Source: an uncultured bacterium
GTDB lineage: Bacteria; Zixibacteria; MSB-5A5; UBA10806
Length of the DNA: 26,096 bases
Assembly: GCA_965541585.1 (NCBI GenBank)
Contig: CBEUCH010000027.1
Span: forward strand, 1-26,096
Direction: 5' to 3'
Shown here: one piece after another, positions 1-9,632 of the stretch
How the letters are laid out: every line of letters starts with the position of its first letter
Numbering within the stretch: the stretch's first letter is position 1
The notes under the pieces: generated by a model
Database searches by the model: none
What the model saw: the letters and a program-made list of their open reading frames with translations, nothing else
What the model was told of the DNA's origin: nothing
Translations under genes and position numbers: made by a program

Positions 1-37
1 ACCTATCCGGGGTGCCAGGAATGAAAATCTAAAACAC

Positions 38-66
38 TTGACCGTCTGGAGCATCAAGAGTATGTT
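38..66 (+). promoter_or_regulatory. sigma70-type promoter of tRNA-Ser
   Basis: TTGACC (38-43), 17-bp spacer, TATGTT (61-66), about 50 nt upstream of the tRNA. Confidence 0.65.
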
Positions 67-117
67 AAAAGCGGGTATCGGGAATATACCGAACCCGCTT
101 TGTAGTTCTGATTGTTC

Positions 118-201
118 GGAGGGCTAGTCCTAATTGGTAAGGCAGCGGTCTTGAAAACCGCCGGCCGTAAGGCCATGGGGGTTCGAGTCCCTCGCCCTCC
201 G
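118..201 (+). tRNA. tRNA-Ser (anticodon UGA), CCA not encoded
   Basis: Acceptor stem GGAGGGC/GCCCTCC; anticodon arm GCGGT-CTTGAAA-ACCGC; long variable arm GGCC-GTAA-GGCC; T-loop GTTCGAG; discriminator G. Confidence 0.96.
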
Positions 202-328
202 CTTAGATATTACTTCGATTAGATTATAATTCGCTCTATGGCCGCAGCGCACTTTTTATAGGCGATCCACACTGTAACATCCCGGCAGAACAAATTAATC
301 CGAATATCGGTTCTGTCGTTGGGAGCGA

Positions 329-1444
329 TTATTTGTTATCTAAAGCGGAAATTGATTCAACGTTGGCCAGTCTCTCGGTGCAATTCTCAAAATCGCAGCA
401 GGTATGGCATACTCGCCGGAAGGCCGAATAATCCAGAAGCTCTATTTTTGTAGATAAATAATCGGGCTTAGGCGGTTCTTCTTTTAGCAGATCGGTGCTT
501 AAGTATTTCTTGTTGTCATCCGGGAAGACGGTTGCCACGACAGCAGAATCAGAAATCTCCTCCTGCACTTTTATAGCTGCCAGGAAATTTGCCCCGGAAG
601 AAATTCCCACTGCCAGCCCGAGTTCGCGGGCCAGTTTCTGAGCCATAATTATGGCATCGCCATCGTAGATGCCTATGATGGAATCGAGCGAACTCAAGTC
701 CACAATGGGGGGGATGAATTCGTCTACAATGCCCTGTATCCGGTGTTGTCCCATCTTTTTGCCGGTGGATAGCGTAGGCGAGTTGGCCGGTTCCATAGGG
801 TGGATTTTGACTCCGGGGCATTTCATCCGCAGGAACTTTCCGACACCCATAATAGTCCCGCCCGTACCCACGCCTGCAACGAATGCATCCGGTACCAGTC
901 CGTTGTAGGAGAGTTGCCACCATAGTTCGGGTGCGGTGGTCTCGAAATGGGCCTCTACGTTATCGTAGTTGGAGAACTGACCGGGGAGAAAGCAGCTATC
1001 ATTCTTGCCGCAGGTTTTTTCGGCCATGCTGATGCTGCCAAGAAAGCCGCCCTCTTCAGGTGTCACAGGCCGTATCTTTGCGCCCAGACTTTGAATCAAA
1101 TCGACTCGCTCCCGGCTCATCCAATCCGGCATAAAGATCGTTACCGGATGTCTCATGGCCCGACCGATAGCAGCAAAAGAAATACCGGTATTGCCGCTGG
1201 TGGCTTCCACTATAGTGTCACCGGCGTGAAGACGTTCTTCGATATAAGCTTTTTCTAAAATGTGCAAAGCCATACGGTCCTTTATACTGCCTGTCATGTT
1301 CAAATGCTCTGCCTTGGCGAAAACTCGGCGTACCTTCCCGCCCAATCTGAACTTCACTTCCAATAACGGCGTATTGCCTACCAGATACGATAGGGACTGG
1401 AGTTTTGACTGGATTTCTTTGCTCACGCGAACGTCATCTTCCAT
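329..1444 (-). CDS. PLP-dependent cysteine synthase family protein (CysK/CysM-like) with Cys-rich C-terminal tail
   Basis: Motifs [19 protein letters not shown] (PLP lysine), [29 protein letters not shown]. Start moved from 1486 to ATG 1444 because a consensus promoter lies immediately upstream of it. Confidence 0.9.
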   Translation of the reverse strand: MEDDVRVSKEIQSKLQSLSYLVGNTPLLEVKFRLGGKVRRVFAKAEHLNMTGSIKDRMALHILEKAYIEERLHAGDTIVEATSGNTGISFAAIGRAMRHPVTIFMPDWMSRERVDLIQSLGAKIRPVTPEEGGFLGSISMAEKTCGKNDSCFLPGQFSNYDNVEAHFETTAPELWWQLSYNGLVPDAFVAGVGTGGTIMGVGKFLRMKCPGVKIHPMEPANSPTLSTGKKMGQHRIQGIVDEFIPPIVDLSSLDSIIGIYDGDAIIMAQKLARELGLAVGISSGANFLAAIKVQEEISDSAVVATVFPDDNKKYLSTDLLKEEPPKPDYLSTKIELLDYSAFRRVCHTCCDFENCTERLANVESISALDNK

Positions 1445-1450
1445 GTCGGA

Positions 1451-1479
1451 ATTATATTCCATTTTGTCTGCCCATGCAA
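1451..1479 (-). promoter_or_regulatory. sigma70 promoter, probably giving a leaderless mRNA for the cysteine synthase gene
   Basis: Minus strand TTGCAT-17bp-TATAAT-6nt-ATG(1444); no SD between the -10 and the ATG. Confidence 0.65.
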
Positions 1480-1537
1480 GGCTCAATATGCACCTGTGAA
1501 TGAATATTAAGTGATGCTATGGATATGGGGCTGCCCC

Positions 1538-2563
1538 TCAATTGGCCTCAGAGGCAACAGCTCTCAGCTTACGAGTTATGCCCACGGTCCCCAAGGCCAG
1601 AAGCAGCAAACCCATTATGATCATGCCCCATTCGGACAGAGTGGGGATCTCCTGGGAACCTTGATTGTAGTACAGCGCACCCATATCGGCGGTTGTTCCG
1701 TCGGCGTCCAGCGGCGAGCCGGGATCGCCGGCATCGATACAGGGAGAGCCCGCCGTCAGATGAAAATCGTCGTTCTCGGAATCGACAAACAATGGGTCGG
1801 CTGAGATTTCCCCGGTGCCGGGAATCGGGTTGAACGGCGTGGGATCTCCCGAATATCCCTCATAATAATCTCCCTGCACGTTATTCCAGACGTCGTTGTA
1901 GGATATGAATACAGGCGTATCTCTATGCTTGAAAATCCCGTAGCGACCATTCTCGGCAATAATGTTATTTTCAATGTAAACTACGCCTCCGCCGGCCCAG
2001 TCCTTATAGCCATCGCGGCCATTGCCCACTATGGTATTGTTCGTTAGATAAGTGGTGCCCAGATAAGGATCGAAGCCGTCATAGATATTATCTCTGATTA
2101 TGTTGTATTCAACGCGAAGGATGCCTCCAAAATCATTCCACAGATCGATCCCCTTACCGTTGTTGTGGATATTGCAGTATTTTACTACCTTGGTTCCGGA
2201 TGATGAAATCGGATTAATGAAAACTCCCACATTGCCGGGAGTGCCTCCGCCCTGATTGCTGTTCCGGATAGAAAATCCCTCTATTAGGAACTTGTCGATA
2301 TTCAGGGCCTTAATTACATCGGTTAAACCTCCCCCGTCGATGATTGTATCGTCCATTCCGGAACCGATAAGATCCACCCCCTCCGCCATCTGAATATTCT
2401 CATAATAGGTACCGGGGGCAACCAGAACCGTATCACCCGGGCTGGCGGCATCAATCCCTAGCTGGATAGTAGGGTAGTCCCCTGGCACATTGATAATAGT
2501 GGCCGAAGCGACCGATATCAGGAATACCAGCATTCCTGTTGCAACCGTTATAGACCGTTTCAT
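1538..2563 (-). CDS. Secreted right-handed parallel beta-helix (pectin-lyase fold) protein with IPTL-CTERM sorting signal
   Basis: Signal peptide; VPGDYPTIQ..IDAA..GDTVLVAPGTYYE start; Asn-rich beta-helix repeats; DP.FVD..DFHL..SPCIDAG..DMGA; C-terminal [11 protein letters not shown] + TM + basic residues; SD GGAGG. Confidence 0.85.
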   Translation of the reverse strand: MKRSITVATGMLVFLISVASATIINVPGDYPTIQLGIDAASPGDTVLVAPGTYYENIQMAEGVDLIGSGMDDTIIDGGGLTDVIKALNIDKFLIEGFSIRNSNQGGGTPGNVGVFINPISSSGTKVVKYCNIHNNGKGIDLWNDFGGILRVEYNIIRDNIYDGFDPYLGTTYLTNNTIVGNGRDGYKDWAGGGVVYIENNIIAENGRYGIFKHRDTPVFISYNDVWNNVQGDYYEGYSGDPTPFNPIPGTGEISADPLFVDSENDDFHLTAGSPCIDAGDPGSPLDADGTTADMGALYYNQGSQEIPTLSEWGMIIMGLLLLALGTVGITRKLRAVASEAN

Positions 2564-2881
2564 TGCAAAACCTCCAGCTATTTGATTTTCGATTCCTTTT
2601 TCTAAAAAAGAAGAACCCTATAGTATAAAATATAGAGCCTTCGAGCCACGATAACAAGGTTTATTTTCCTCAAAATGGAGTTGAGCGAAAGTTTATGACT
2701 AACGTTGACCACGCGAAATCCGAGTGAAAGCCTCTTATAGAAGGATCTGGGAAATTGGAGAGATCAATGGCGCGTATAGTGAATATACTTGTTTATAAAT
2801 GATCCTCATTTATATTGAAATAGCAGTAGTGTCCGAACGGTTTTACTCTGTAGCTTTTGCAGAGGAAATGGAGATCTGATC

Positions 2882-5248
2882 TTGCGGCTCAAGTGGATCA
2901 ATACGTTTATAGCATTTATCCTGCTGACTGATATTCTATCAGCGCAAACGGGTCAGGTGTACTTCAAATTCAAAACACCGCCTCGGGAAGAGCTGCAGGA
3001 ACTCTCCAGACTGATCTCGATTGACAATCTCACCACGGATACAATCTGGGCTTACGCCACCGATAGTCAGTTCGATAACTTCAGGAATCTTGGTTATGGA
3101 TACGTCATTCTCCCGAATCCTGGATCACTTATAGCACCACGGATGGCAGATACCTGGGAAGAGATCCTCGAATGGGATTCATATCCGACCTACGATGTTT
3201 ATGTTGATATGATGTACCAATTCGCGGCAGACTATCCCGATCTATGCGTTGTTGAAAATATCGGTTTCTCGGTTGAGGGCCGCGAGATCCTTTTTGCCAG
3301 GCTCTCGGCAAACATATATGTCGAAGAAAACGAGCCGGAGGTAATGTATTCCAGCACTATGCATGGCGACGAAACGACGGGGTATGTATTGATGCTGAGG
3401 TTTATTGATTCTCTCCTGGTGAGTTACGGATCCGATTCTCAATTGACCTTTATGCTCGATAACATGGAGATCTGGATTAACCCGCTGGCTAATCCGGACG
3501 GTACTTACTATAGCGGCAACCATACTGTTTACGGTGCCATCAGATATAATGTCAACGGGATAGATCTGAACAGGAATTTCCCGGACCCCGATGAGGGCCA
3601 GCATCCCGATGGACAGGAATGGCAACCGGAAACTATCGCCATGATGAATATTTTTGATGAACATACTTTTGTAATATCAGCAAACTTTCATGGTGGGGCA
3701 GAGGTTGTAAACTATCCCTGGGATACCTGGCCGCGACGTCATACGGATGATAGCTGGTTTATCGGGATCAGTCGCGAGTATGCCGATTCGGCGCAGGCCA
3801 ACAGTCCATCAGGCTATATGGACGACCTGAACAACGGCATTACCAACGGGTGGGATTGGTACACAATTGCCGGTGGTCGGCAGGACTACCTGACCTACTG
3901 GAAGGGTTGCCGTGAAACTACCATCGAGTTATCGCAAACGAAGCTGCTTCCCGCCGAATCACTACCCGATCTCTGGAACTACAATAAGGCAGCGTTGATT
4001 ACATATCTGGAGCAGGCCTATTACGGTGTTAGAGGTCTGGTTACTGATGCCGTCTCCAGCTCTCCCGTATCGGCGATCATTTCGGTTCTGGATCATGATG
4101 TTGACGGATCCGAGATATATACCGATCCCGACGTCGGCGATTACCACCGCATGATAGATAACGGAACTTATGATCTGCAATTTAGCTCGCCGGATTACAT
4201 TTCGCAGATCGTCAGCGACGTCGTTATCACCGACGGCCAGGTTAATATAGTGGACGTTCAGTTGGGTCAGGTTCCCCTGATCATCCAGCTGCCCGACGGC
4301 CCGCCCCAATACCTTGGTCCCGGCGCCTCTACCGCGTTTGCGGTTCAGATCATAGACGGCGCCGAGATTTATCTCCCCGGCACCGGTACACTTCATTATC
4401 GATACTATGGGGGTGCGTTTACGACAACGGAGTTAACATACATCGGTGGAGATCTGTATGAAGCCACCCTACCGCCGCCGAACTGTGATGCCATGCCGGA
4501 GTTTTACGTCAGCGCGGAGGGCGACGGCGGCTCCACAGTATTTGATCCTGCGGATGCCCCGAACACCGTGTATGCTGCAGCCGTCGGTATTTTGATAACG
4601 GTGATGGAGGATGATTTCGAAACCGATCAGGGCTGGACGGTCAGCGGCGATGCTGGCGACGGTCACTGGGACAGGGGCATACCCGTAGGCGGCGGCGACC
4701 GCGGCGATCCGCCCGCTGACTACGACGGCTCCGGAAATTGCTTTTTGACCGATAATGTCTACGGCAATTCTGATGTGGACGATGGCTACACTTATCTGAC
4801 ATCGCCAACCATCGATCTGGACGGGGCAGAGACGGCCTTTTGCCATTACGCATTGTGGTACACCAATAACTTTGGAAATGACCCCAACAATGACCTTTTC
4901 AGAACCTATGTATCCAACGACAACGGACTGAACTGGATACTGGCTGAAACCATCGGCCCTCAAACCAGCAGCGGCTGGACGGAACATTCCTTCAATATAG
5001 GCGATTTTGTGAGTCCCTCGGCTCAGATCAAAATCCGCTTCGAGGCCTCCGATCTCGGCGAGGGATCGGTTGTAGAGGCGGGTATCGATGCCGTGTCTGT
5101 CAGGATCGTAGAATGTGAGGCAGTCGAAATCCCCACCCTCTCCGAATGGGGTATGATTATCTTTGCCCTGTTGCTTTTAGCTGCGTGCACTGCGGCTGCT
5201 ATTCGGAGGCGTAAACTCGGCTATTCCAGATATCTGCATCTGAATTGA
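2882..5248 (+). CDS. Secreted M14 zinc carboxypeptidase with carboxypeptidase regulatory-like and beta-sandwich domains, IPTL-CTERM tail
   Basis: HGDE, NPDG, DLNRNFP, NFHGG and ETTIELS motifs of M14; [11 protein letters not shown]...GTYDL regulatory domain; C-terminal [20 protein letters not shown] start with GGAG SD. Confidence 0.9.
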   Translation: MRLKWINTFIAFILLTDILSAQTGQVYFKFKTPPREELQELSRLISIDNLTTDTIWAYATDSQFDNFRNLGYGYVILPNPGSLIAPRMADTWEEILEWDSYPTYDVYVDMMYQFAADYPDLCVVENIGFSVEGREILFARLSANIYVEENEPEVMYSSTMHGDETTGYVLMLRFIDSLLVSYGSDSQLTFMLDNMEIWINPLANPDGTYYSGNHTVYGAIRYNVNGIDLNRNFPDPDEGQHPDGQEWQPETIAMMNIFDEHTFVISANFHGGAEVVNYPWDTWPRRHTDDSWFIGISREYADSAQANSPSGYMDDLNNGITNGWDWYTIAGGRQDYLTYWKGCRETTIELSQTKLLPAESLPDLWNYNKAALITYLEQAYYGVRGLVTDAVSSSPVSAIISVLDHDVDGSEIYTDPDVGDYHRMIDNGTYDLQFSSPDYISQIVSDVVITDGQVNIVDVQLGQVPLIIQLPDGPPQYLGPGASTAFAVQIIDGAEIYLPGTGTLHYRYYGGAFTTTELTYIGGDLYEATLPPPNCDAMPEFYVSAEGDGGSTVFDPADAPNTVYAAAVGILITVMEDDFETDQGWTVSGDAGDGHWDRGIPVGGGDRGDPPADYDGSGNCFLTDNVYGNSDVDDGYTYLTSPTIDLDGAETAFCHYALWYTNNFGNDPNNDLFRTYVSNDNGLNWILAETIGPQTSSGWTEHSFNIGDFVSPSAQIKIRFEASDLGEGSVVEAGIDAVSVRIVECEAVEIPTLSEWGMIIFALLLLAACTAAAIRRRKLGYSRYLHLN

Positions 5249-5383
5249 GGCTATGCAAATTGGCTCGTAATCGCCTCGTTTTGAAGACAGAGACTTAGCT
5301 AGGATCTATCAATCCGAATCGCCATGGAAGCCAAATAGTAAGTATATGCGTTATAAATAGTTGACGGCGACCGTAAAATCTTA

Positions 5384-5411
5384 TTGACATTGAAAAACAA
5401 TTGCTTATTTT
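5384..5411 (+). promoter_or_regulatory. sigma70-type promoter, copy 1 of duplicated promoter/leader
   Basis: TTGACA (5384-5389), 16 bp, TATTTT; same arrangement as 7026-7053. Confidence 0.6.
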
Positions 5412-5425
5412 ATATTGGATATGAG

Positions 5426-5604
5426 AATATCAGTCTGCTCGTATATGGGTTCAATTTGATATCTGCAGACAGAGAAATCTATTTTTGATAAAAGGGTTTT
5501 TTCGTCATTTTGGGTTAAGTCAACTTCACCAAGAAGGAGGTGATATTGAATCAGGAGGTTTCTTCTTTGTGAATTACTGAAATCTATCGGGAGGTATTAC
5601 AATT
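5426..5604 (+). ncRNA. Putative structured 5' leader, copy 1 (three stems, sequestered SD)
   Basis: GTCTGC/GCAGAC (5433-5470); GAGAAATCT/GGGTTTTTT; TTCAC-AAGAAGGAG/TTTCTTCTT-GTGAA (5525-5573); pairing preserved in the copy at 7070-7252. Confidence 0.45.
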
Positions 5605-6903
5605 ATGTGGAGATTGCTAAAGTTCGTTAGCCTGGCCGTTGTTTTTTTGGCGGTGAATTCAGCTGCTGTCGAACCTATATTGAGTGGAACGGCTGCGCAG
5701 GAAACCGTGCGGATTCAGGAGATTGCAGGTGAAAATTCAACACATGAGGTGCAAATTCCGTTAACCGATCCTGCCATAGCAGACCATGATATAGGAAACG
5801 TCGCCTTCACCATATCGAACTTCGGTCAATACGGTCTGGCGCTCACTGCCCTTAATGAGATCTGGGACGGGGAGGGGTTCAGGACGCCCCAATATGGCGC
5901 CAATCTTCTCTTTGAGGGAGCTCTATTGATCGGCGATGGCCCCACACGAGTTTCCAACGGAGCTCGTGACGAGAATCAATTGCTGGGGGATGATTTTGTT
6001 GCTGTGTCCGATATCGAAATCTTCGAGCCCGGCTCCTTCGCCGACCAGGAATATCATACCAGCTACAGTGACGATAATGCCATGATTCCCCTCCGTATTG
6101 ATGTTGAGCAAAAGTCGTATGCATTCTCGTCCGATCCGGACGATGACTACATCATCACGGAGTATACTATCACTAATACCGGGGACGAGACTCTGGAAGG
6201 CGTGCTGGTGGCTCACTTCGAGGACTGGGATATGCCATGGAATGTGGCAATTGACAAAGTGAATTTCGACAGATCCAGAAACCTCGGATACCAGTACAAC
6301 GGCGATGATTATCGTGGCCAGCAGGTGCTTTCGGATATGGGAATATTCTCGTTTATGGCTCTTAAAAATGATATACATGTCTATCCCCCGTATTTCACTT
6401 TAGAGGACAAGTGGAGCTATATGAACGCCGGGATCGTGGATACCGCTATTACTGTGTCGACGGATTGTTCCATCATAATCACCACCGGCCCCTATGATAT
6501 TGGTCTCGGTGAATCCGTGGTGGCAGCATTTGCGATTCTGGGAGGAGACGGTCTTGAGGATCTGCAGGCCAATGCGGATGCCGCGGCGGAACGTTATGCC
6601 AGTAGAACTTCTATTGGTGATACTGACGGAAACAGGCCTGTGGCGTTTGAGTTGTCGCAGAACTACCCGAATCCTTTCAATGCTGCAACGGTATTGAATT
6701 TCGCCATTACTCAACCCGGTCAAGTGAAGCTCGACGTCTACAACCTGCTCGGGCAGCACGTAGAAACTCTGGTGGATGGCCATTACGATGCCGGACAATA
6801 CACGATTTCCTGGAATGCCGGCAATCTGCCCTCCGGCGTCTATTTCGCCAGGCTGGAATCTCAGGAGCGCACTGGAAACGTTAAGATGATGCTACTGAAG
6901 TAG
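5605..6903 (+). CDS. Secreted protein with C-terminal T9SS type-A/FlgD-Ig-like domain
   Basis: Signal peptide; acidic passenger region; LSQNYPNPFN..VYNLLGQ..W....LPSGVYFARL...KMMLLK; SD GGAGG. Confidence 0.85.
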   Translation: MWRLLKFVSLAVVFLAVNSAAVEPILSGTAAQETVRIQEIAGENSTHEVQIPLTDPAIADHDIGNVAFTISNFGQYGLALTALNEIWDGEGFRTPQYGANLLFEGALLIGDGPTRVSNGARDENQLLGDDFVAVSDIEIFEPGSFADQEYHTSYSDDNAMIPLRIDVEQKSYAFSSDPDDDYIITEYTITNTGDETLEGVLVAHFEDWDMPWNVAIDKVNFDRSRNLGYQYNGDDYRGQQVLSDMGIFSFMALKNDIHVYPPYFTLEDKWSYMNAGIVDTAITVSTDCSIIITTGPYDIGLGESVVAAFAILGGDGLEDLQANADAAAERYASRTSIGDTDGNRPVAFELSQNYPNPFNAATVLNFAITQPGQVKLDVYNLLGQHVETLVDGHYDAGQYTISWNAGNLPSGVYFARLESQERTGNVKMMLLK

Positions 6904-6927
6904 GGAAAATCCTTTATGCTTGCCTTT

Positions 6928-6951
6928 AAGGGAGCCGCAACGGCTCCCTTT
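6928..6951 (+). terminator. Intrinsic terminator-like hairpin
   Basis: AAGGGAGCCG-CAA-CGGCTCCCTTT just after the stop codon. Confidence 0.7.
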
Positions 6952-7025
6952 CCTATTTAGGCTCCCGGTGAATGTCGGCATAAACCTCTTCGTGGTAAGA
7001 GGTTATAGCCAGTAGTAAAATCTTG

Positions 7026-7053
7026 TTGACATCGAAAAATGATCTATTATCTT
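7026..7053 (+). promoter_or_regulatory. sigma70-type promoter, copy 2
   Basis: TTGACA (7026-7031), 16 bp, TATCTT; preceded by GTAAAATCTT as in copy 1. Confidence 0.6.
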
Positions 7054-7069
7054 ATTTTAGTAGACGGAA

Positions 7070-7252
7070 ATATCAGTCTGTTTTTATCATGGAGTAATTG
7101 CAGGATCCGCAGATCAAGAAGCTTGTTTACGCAAAAAAGACTTTTTCAACAATTAAGTCAAGATCAATCTCGTCAAGAAGGAGGTGTTAGTTGATCGAGA
7201 ATTCTCTTTCTTTTTTGAGAAGACACAAGATTAAGTAGGAGGTATTTCTATT
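7070..7252 (+). ncRNA. Putative structured 5' leader, copy 2
   Basis: GTCTGT/GCAGAT; AAGAAG-CTT/AAG-CTTTTT; TCTCG-AAGAAGGAG/CTCTTTCTT-TGAGA (7168-7220). Confidence 0.45.
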
Positions 7253-9487
7253 ATGCGAAAATTGTTATTGGTTGTCGGTATTATGGCCCTTTTCCTGGCG
7301 GTTAATGTGCTTGCCGACGATGCGGTCCCGTACAAAAAGGCATTTCCCGAACATCCGGAGAATCCGGGAGATATGATTCTGGATTCAGGTGGTCCTGATG
7401 AGTTCGGATATGTCTGGATCGATTCCGACGAGCCGGATGGCCCTGTATATGAGTGGGTGGATATTACCGGCGTCGGGATCCCCATATTTTTGACCGATGA
7501 TGACATAGGCGGGCCGTTCGACCTGGGATTTGAGTTTTCATTTTACGGTGAGACGTACAGCCAGTTTTGGATTTGTTCCAACGGCTTCGGCGCGGTGATT
7601 GAACCGCCCGATCCATTTGAATTCATATACTATTTCAACGAGCCTTTTCCCAGTCCGCCGCTTGACGGGGATATTCCGGGAGCAGCCATCGCTCCTTTCT
7701 GGGATGACCTCAATCCTGACGATGGCGGCGTTATCTATTACTACGCCGCCAACGATTCATTTGTCGTGGCTTGGGAAGGCGTGCCGCCGTATAGTGGATC
7801 AGGCGGCACATACACCTTTGAGATGATTCTCACCGCAGACGGGCAAATCACATACCAGTATGAGGCCATGACGGACGTGACGAATTCCGCCACGGTTGGA
7901 ATTCAGAACGAGGATGGTTCCATAGGCCTGCAGGTTGTTTACAACCAGAATTATGTTGTGGACGGCCTTGCCGTGCAGATCTCCGTTCCCGCCAGCGAAG
8001 AAACAGTTTATTTCGAGGACTTCGACAGCGGCATGGGAGACTGGGCTGGAGAATGGGGTCTGGCTTCAATCCATTACCATTCACCCCCGAACTCTCTGGC
8101 CGATTCGCCCGTTGGCAACTATGCTGACCGTGATACGGTCGTTGTGGAGTTAATGACCGACATTGATCTAGCGGGTTACATGGGCGCTCGTCTGGAGTTC
8201 TGGACCAAGTGGGATATCGAATTGGGTTTCGATTATATCTATCTCGACATCTCGATGGATGATGGCAACACCTGGCATGGTTTAGAGACCTTTAACGGCG
8301 AAAATGTGGACTGGCATAATTTGGTTTCGGATATAGGAGGTTATGCCGGGCGAAGTATAAGATTCAGGTTCACGTTAGAATCCGATGCCGGATACAATGT
8401 CGACGGCATGTATGTCGATGATTTCACCGTATATGGCCTTGATACCGATGTCAGCCCTCCTCTGATCTTCCATACTGGCCCAACCGATTCCACCAGCGTT
8501 CCCGGGGATTTCACTGCTGTGGCCACACTAATAGACATTTCCGGAGTGGAGTCGGCCTGGTTGAGTTATTCGGTTGATGGAGATGATACGGAAGTTGTCG
8601 ATCCGGATAGCATAGTCGTCGACGATTACTATTTCACAATCCCGATGGCCGAGGCCGGGGCGCATGTTGAATACTCCATCTCGGCTGTGGATAACTTAGG
8701 TCAAGAAGGTTCCACGCCTACCCAGCATTACGTTTCCGGAACAGTTCTCTACTACGATGACGGCGAAGGTGAATGGGTCTATATATATTTCGAAGGTAAT
8801 AAATGCGCCACCCGCATGACACCGGATGAAACGGCGACGCTGGTAACGGGCATGCTCCGTCTATACACCGATATCGACCGTCCGCTGGATACGGTCGATG
8901 TCGAGCTATGGGCCAACCAGGGCGGTATTCCCGGTCAGTCGATGCTCGACCCCTTCGCAGTCTGGCCAATGTCAACTCTCGAGAATCCTCATGCCTGGAC
9001 CTACGTTGATTTCCGTGGCATGGGAATTACCGTGGATGATGATTTCTTCCTCGGATGGACATATCGTTCCGGATGGCCGGTTATTCTTGGCGATGCTCCG
9101 GTCCGCACAAACCGCTCCCAGGTCTACAACGGAGCCTTCTGGGGGGATGCCGGTACTGAATTTTATATCCGTACAATCGTTGATTACGGCATAGTAAGTG
9201 TTGACGAAGATGGTCAAATCCCATCTACGTTCGCCCTCCAGCAGAACTACCCGAATCCTTTCAATGCTAGAACAATATTGAATTTTGCAGTTAATCAACC
9301 CGGTCATGTGAAACTCAACGTCTATAACCTCCTGGGACAGCAGGTAGAGACCCTGGTGGATGGCCATTACGAGGCCGGTCAGCACAGCGTCACCTGGAAT
9401 GCCGGCGATCTACCATCGGGAATCTATTTCGCCAGGCTGCAATCTCAAGACCGCACTGAAAACGTCAAGATGATGCTGTTGAAATAG
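7253..9487 (+). CDS. Secreted multidomain protein (nidogen-like SGGPDxFGY module, MAM/immune-inhibitor-like beta-sandwich) with T9SS type-A/FlgD-like CTD
   Basis: Signal peptide; SGGPDEFGYVWIDSDEPDGP..WVDI, ICSNG, IAPFWDDL; FEDFDSG..W ... G.YVDDF; LQQNYPNPFN..KMMLLK; SD AGGAGG. Confidence 0.85.
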   Translation: MRKLLLVVGIMALFLAVNVLADDAVPYKKAFPEHPENPGDMILDSGGPDEFGYVWIDSDEPDGPVYEWVDITGVGIPIFLTDDDIGGPFDLGFEFSFYGETYSQFWICSNGFGAVIEPPDPFEFIYYFNEPFPSPPLDGDIPGAAIAPFWDDLNPDDGGVIYYYAANDSFVVAWEGVPPYSGSGGTYTFEMILTADGQITYQYEAMTDVTNSATVGIQNEDGSIGLQVVYNQNYVVDGLAVQISVPASEETVYFEDFDSGMGDWAGEWGLASIHYHSPPNSLADSPVGNYADRDTVVVELMTDIDLAGYMGARLEFWTKWDIELGFDYIYLDISMDDGNTWHGLETFNGENVDWHNLVSDIGGYAGRSIRFRFTLESDAGYNVDGMYVDDFTVYGLDTDVSPPLIFHTGPTDSTSVPGDFTAVATLIDISGVESAWLSYSVDGDDTEVVDPDSIVVDDYYFTIPMAEAGAHVEYSISAVDNLGQEGSTPTQHYVSGTVLYYDDGEGEWVYIYFEGNKCATRMTPDETATLVTGMLRLYTDIDRPLDTVDVELWANQGGIPGQSMLDPFAVWPMSTLENPHAWTYVDFRGMGITVDDDFFLGWTYRSGWPVILGDAPVRTNRSQVYNGAFWGDAGTEFYIRTIVDYGIVSVDEDGQIPSTFALQQNYPNPFNARTILNFAVNQPGHVKLNVYNLLGQQVETLVDGHYEAGQHSVTWNAGDLPSGIYFARLQSQDRTENVKMMLLK

Positions 9488-9508
9488 ATTTTGTAAGAGA
9501 TCTGTCAT

Positions 9509-9538
9509 AAAGGGAGCCGATCCGGCTCCCTTTTTTTT
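9509..9538 (+). terminator. Intrinsic terminator
   Basis: AAAGGGAGCCG-ATC-CGGCTCCC followed by T8. Confidence 0.85.
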
Positions 9539-9632
9539 GAAATAAAATCGATTATGAGTTTACATTCGTCGCATGGTAATCTAAATTTTCCGTGATGAAT
9601 TTCCGTTGAGAGGGAAAAAGGAGGTTTAAATT

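Noticed and set aside
118..201. Possible tRNA-Sec or suppressor because of 'TGA' and a long variable arm
   Set aside because: The anticodon is UGA (reads the Ser codon UCA), not UCA; the 7-bp acceptor stem and long arm are normal for tRNA-Ser
1445..1486. Longer N-terminus of the cysteine synthase given by the ORF track
   Set aside because: This stretch contains a consensus -35/-10 promoter, so ATG 1444 is the more plausible start
6658..9487. Duplicated C-terminal regions as a DGR template/variable repeat pair
   Set aside because: Both copies are coding; differences are not adenine-specific and are mostly synonymous or conservative; no reverse transcriptase nearby
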